Below are positions 60,588-64,000 of a DNA stretch of 64,000 nucleotides, piece after piece; position 1 is the stretch's first letter, and each line of letters opens with the position of its first letter. The notes under the pieces are model-generated. The model did no database searches. It worked only from the letters and a program-made list of their open reading frames with translations, and was not told the origin of the DNA. The position numbers and the translations under genes were made by a program. This stretch comes from Oligoflexia bacterium (GTDB taxonomy: Bacteria; Bdellovibrionota; UBA1018): the NCBI GenBank assembly GCA_963758495.1, contig CAVWVI010000003.1:736001-800000 (forward strand), read 5' to 3'.

Positions 60588-61802
60588 ATGAAGATCTGTT
60601 TTGGTATTACGGGAAGTATCGCCGCATACCGAAGTCCTGACATCGTCAAGGATTTAGTCTCCAAGGGGCACGACGTAAAGGTCGTACTGACTTCTAGTGC
60701 GCGAGAGCTGGTGAGCGCTCGAGTTCTGTCTACAGTCAGTATGAACCCTGTCCTTTCACATCATCCTTTTAATGAAGATCATGAAGGCACAGACCATATT
60801 AGTCTCGCGCGTTGGGCGGATTGTTTTATTATCTATGCGGCAACCGCTCATTTCATGGCTCGATTTGCACATGGCTTGAGTGATGATTTTCTTTCATTGC
60901 AGCTTCTTGCTGCCCAATGCCCTGTTTTCGTGGCACCTGCAATGAATCCCACCATGTGGGCTCACCCAGCAGTTCGTGAAAATTATCAAATTTTAAAATC
61001 AAGAGGTGTCCATTTTATAGACCCCATTCATGGAAAAGTCGCATGCGGAGAAGTCGGGATTGGACATATTGCTGATTCTCAAGACATCATTGCCGCCCTA
61101 TTGGCTAAAATGAATGCTCAATTGACTCCGCCCGATCTTTTTTTAAAGAATAAAAAAGTTTTAATTTCTGCAGGCCCTATGCGCACTTTTATCGATCCAG
61201 TCCGTTATGTTCAAAATCGGTCGTCTGGAAAAATGGGTTTGGAGATTGCTCAAGCAGCAATTCGCGCAGGTGCGAAAGTCACCGTACTTTTAGGCCCAGT
61301 CAATGAAACAATTGAAGCCGCTTTTCTAAATTGTGAAATTTTTAGATACGTAGGGCCTCAAGACTATGGCGAGAAGCTCGAAGAATTATTTCCTCGTTCG
61401 GATATCTTCTTGTCATTAGCTGCCGTATTAGATTTCAATTTAACACCCAATCTAAATAAAATTGAACGCAGCACTTTAGAAAAACTCGGAAATCTGAATA
61501 TTCCACTTCAATCCGTTCAAGACTTTGTAGCACTTATGGCTTCACGCAAAAAATCTGATCAACAAGTCATTGCTTTCGCAGCAGAAAGCGGGACCGATAC
61601 GGAGATTCTCGATCGAGCCACAAAAAAAATGAAAAAAAAATTAGTGAATGCAATTGTTGCGAATCCTGTCCGTCCCGGTCTTGGACCAGAAGCGGCTGAA
61701 AATGAACTTTGGATTATCAAGAGAGACCAGCAACCCTTGCATATGGGACCCGCTCCCAAAGCTCTCCTGGCAGAGCCCTTAATAAGGAGTCTTTTTAAAT
61801 GA
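60588..61802 (+). CDS. coaBC: Phosphopantothenoylcysteine decarboxylase/ligase
   Basis: TGSIAAY, PAMNPTM, ACG..G.G, IDPVRY..NRSSGKMG. Confidence 0.95.
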   Translation: MKICFGITGSIAAYRSPDIVKDLVSKGHDVKVVLTSSARELVSARVLSTVSMNPVLSHHPFNEDHEGTDHISLARWADCFIIYAATAHFMARFAHGLSDDFLSLQLLAAQCPVFVAPAMNPTMWAHPAVRENYQILKSRGVHFIDPIHGKVACGEVGIGHIADSQDIIAALLAKMNAQLTPPDLFLKNKKVLISAGPMRTFIDPVRYVQNRSSGKMGLEIAQAAIRAGAKVTVLLGPVNETIEAAFLNCEIFRYVGPQDYGEKLEELFPRSDIFLSLAAVLDFNLTPNLNKIERSTLEKLGNLNIPLQSVQDFVALMASRKKSDQQVIAFAAESGTDTEILDRATKKMKKKLVNAIVANPVRPGLGPEAAENELWIIKRDQQPLHMGPAPKALLAEPLIRSLFK

Positions 61803-62647
61803 ATAAAAAAACACGCATTTTATTACCTCTAAGCATCATTATAATCTCTATTTTAAGTTACTTTATTTATGAAAGTTTTACCTACGTATCGACAGATGAT
61901 GCGCAAGTCTCCGCTCACGTTACGATGCTTTCATCTCGAATTAATGGAACCATTGAAAAAGTCTGGGTCCAAGAAAACCAAAAAGTCAAAGCAGGACAAA
62001 TTCTCTCACAAATTGATACTTCAGAATATTTAAATGCTTTAGAAGGTGCCAAAGCTCAAGTCGCATCTCTAGAGGCCAGGCTTCAAGAGGCAGAAATAAA
62101 CTTTAAACGATCTGGCCAACTTGTGAAAACCCAAGCCATTAGTCTGGAAAAATTTGATGCGGCTAAAGCCAGCTACAGAGAGTTAGTGGGCCGACTTCAA
62201 GCTGCTCAATCCCAACTCAATCAGGCAAATCTTAATGTCACTTATACTCGGATTATTGCACCCGCCGACGGAATTATTGCGCGAAAATCTGTAGAACCTG
62301 GCCAATTTGTACCCGTCGGCCAAGCTCTTTTTGGCTTTGTAGCCAATACAGAAAGATGGGTTACTGCAAATCTAAAAGAAACAGAATTGGGAAGTATTCA
62401 ACTTAGAAATCCCGTAACCATCACTATAGATGCTCTCCAGAATAAAACAATTAAAGGTGAAGTCGAAAGTATCAGTCCCAGTACAGGTGCAATATTCAGC
62501 CTACTCCCTCCAGATAATGCCACGGGAAACTTTACAAAAGTGGTTCAAAGAGTTCCTATCCGAATTAAACTTCTCAATCTTCAAGCTGATGATAGCGATC
62601 GGCTTCAAGCGGGTTTATCCGCTGTAGTCTCGATTCGAGTACGCTAA
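61799..62647 (+). CDS. EmrA/HlyD-family efflux adaptor
   Basis: STDDAQV, ANLKET, SLLPPDNATGNFTKVVQRVP. Confidence 0.93.
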   Translation: MNKKTRILLPLSIIIISILSYFIYESFTYVSTDDAQVSAHVTMLSSRINGTIEKVWVQENQKVKAGQILSQIDTSEYLNALEGAKAQVASLEARLQEAEINFKRSGQLVKTQAISLEKFDAAKASYRELVGRLQAAQSQLNQANLNVTYTRIIAPADGIIARKSVEPGQFVPVGQALFGFVANTERWVTANLKETELGSIQLRNPVTITIDALQNKTIKGEVESISPSTGAIFSLLPPDNATGNFTKVVQRVPIRIKLLNLQADDSDRLQAGLSAVVSIRVR

Positions 62648-64000
62648 TGGCTAGTCAAGCCATTTCAACTCGCTCAAAGCTATTAGTTTTAGTAGCCGTT
62701 TTAGCTTCTCTATTGGAAATCATTGATACTTCAATTGTCAATGTTGCAATCCCTACTATGATGGGGAATTTGGGTGCGACTCTGGATGAAATAAGCTGGG
62801 TCGTTACAGGATACATTATTGCAAATGCTATTATTCTTCCTATCGCCAGTTGGATGAGCATACAATTCGGTCGAAAACTCTACTATACAGGCTGTATTCT
62901 CCTTTTTACCCTCTCGTCAGTCGCCTGCGGCCTTGCTCCTAACTTAACTACCCTTGTTTTATTTCGTATCATTCAGGGATTTGCGGGCGGTGCACTTTTG
63001 CCGACGTCCCAAGCCCTCATCTATGAAGCATTTCCCAAGGAACAAGCCGGAATGGCGGGCGCCATTTTTGGAATGAGTGTCATGATTGGTCCTACGATTG
63101 GTCCTACTTTGGGTGGCTATCTCACTGACAATTTCGGTTGGCGTTCTATTTTCAATATCAATTTACCTATTGGTCTCATCGTCATGATCCTCTCTTGGAT
63201 CTTAGTCGAAGATGTCGGATATATACATAATCCAGACACAAAAAAGAATTTTAAAGAAATTAGAAAATCTCTTTTCAAAACTAAGGAATCACGTACCCCT
63301 GTCGATAGTTTGGGTCTTACTCTTCTCATCTTAGGAATCGGTTGCATTCAATTTGTTTTAGAGAGAGGTCATGCTGAAGATTGGTTTGATTCTAAGCTGA
63401 TTACAGTGGCACTCTTAGTGGGAAGCGCATCTTTAGTGGGACTGATTATTTGGGAATTAAAAACCCCCCACCCTATCTTAGAATTACGCCATTTCAAAAA
63501 TCCAAGTTTTAGAAGTGGGGTCATTCTTATGTCTGGCCTAGGGGGCATGCTCTATGGCTTATTATTTTTAGTTCCTGTATTCGCGTCTACCATCCTGGGT
63601 ATGACTGCCACACAGACGGGGGAACTTTTTATCCCCGGAGCCTTGGCTGCCGCTTTTGCAATGCCTTTTATTGGTAATGCGATGAAAAAGACAGATCCGC
63701 GCTATTTGATTTTAATTGGAATTATATGTTTGGATTTAGGAATGTTTTTTATATCTCGCTTTAACTCACAATCATCTCCGTCTCAAATGTTTTACCCGCT
63801 TTTAATTCGAGGCGTTGCCATGTCCTTTCTCTTTGTGCCCATTAATACTTCTGTATTGACTCAGTTTAGTGGTGCCGCCATTGGGCAAGCCGCAGGCATG
63901 TTGAACTTATGTCGCCAACTCGGGGGAAGCGTCACCATTGCCGTTCTCTCTACTCTTTTTCAAAATATTCAAATAAGAGAATTTTCTTATTTATCGGAAC
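62647..64000 (+). CDS. EmrB/QacA DHA2 MFS transporter (runs off the window)
   Basis: MASQA..LLEIIDTSIVNVAIP..SWVVTGY..FRIIQG..GPTLGG; open to the window end. Confidence 0.92.
   Translation, partial: MASQAISTRSKLLVLVAVLASLLEIIDTSIVNVAIPTMMGNLGATLDEISWVVTGYIIANAIILPIASWMSIQFGRKLYYTGCILLFTLSSVACGLAPNLTTLVLFRIIQGFAGGALLPTSQALIYEAFPKEQAGMAGAIFGMSVMIGPTIGPTLGGYLTDNFGWRSIFNINLPIGLIVMILSWILVEDVGYIHNPDTKKNFKEIRKSLFKTKESRTPVDSLGLTLLILGIGCIQFVLERGHAEDWFDSKLITVALLVGSASLVGLIIWELKTPHPILELRHFKNPSFRSGVILMSGLGGMLYGLLFLVPVFASTILGMTATQTGELFIPGALAAAFAMPFIGNAMKKTDPRYLILIGIICLDLGMFFISRFNSQSSPSQMFYPLLIRGVAMSFLFVPINTSVLTQFSGAAIGQAAGMLNLCRQLGGSVTIAVLSTLFQNIQIREFSYLSE

Noticed and set aside
352..63347. Many 60-150 aa ORFs nested in or antisense to housekeeping genes
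   Set aside because: No motifs or RBS; treated as shadow ORFs.
1..64000. DGR template repeat or reverse transcriptase, CRISPR array, tRNA/rRNA, integron integrase
   Set aside because: None recognised. No AAY-rich copy of either putative variable region was seen in the intergenic gaps I read, including 7600-7980, 15000-15430 and 50840-51270.

Overview
A bacterial chromosomal window of roughly 40% GC (estimated by eye). Gene content suggests Bdellovibrionota or a related deltaproteobacterium, but this is inference. Most genes are housekeeping: prfC, lon, nth, polX, gap-pgk-tpi, secG-fusA, orn, pepN, xth, lysC, fabI, feoAB, thrS, coaBC and an emrAB-like pair. Scattered among them are proteins with signal-peptide-like N-termini that carry eukaryote-type ubiquitin-system modules. 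These are an ankyrin-RBR (RING1-IBR-RING2) E3 ligase, a BTB/POZ domain fused to an FGE-type C-type-lectin (CLec) fold, a C3HC4 RING fused to a DUF1566-like CLec fold, and an AN1 zinc-finger protein. The 3' ends of both CLec fusions look like variable regions of a diversity-generating retroelement (DGR), but no template repeat or reverse transcriptase is in this window. The main hypothesis is a set of exported E3-ligase or adaptor effectors whose substrate-binding tip can be hypermutated. The RBR + BTB-CLec pair is tandemly duplicated; the second copy is degraded, a HigBA toxin-antitoxin pair sits between the copies, and an IS607 remnant flanks them. The window also holds a ~100-bp MITE-like family with GTAA...TTAC ends, 7-8 bp target duplications and covarying hairpins. 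Other points of note are two Q/M-rich secreted proteins, a candidate sRNA, a small basic ORF, and a fusA broken by clustered indels that are probably sequencing errors. All domain calls come from reading motifs by eye; no searches were run.
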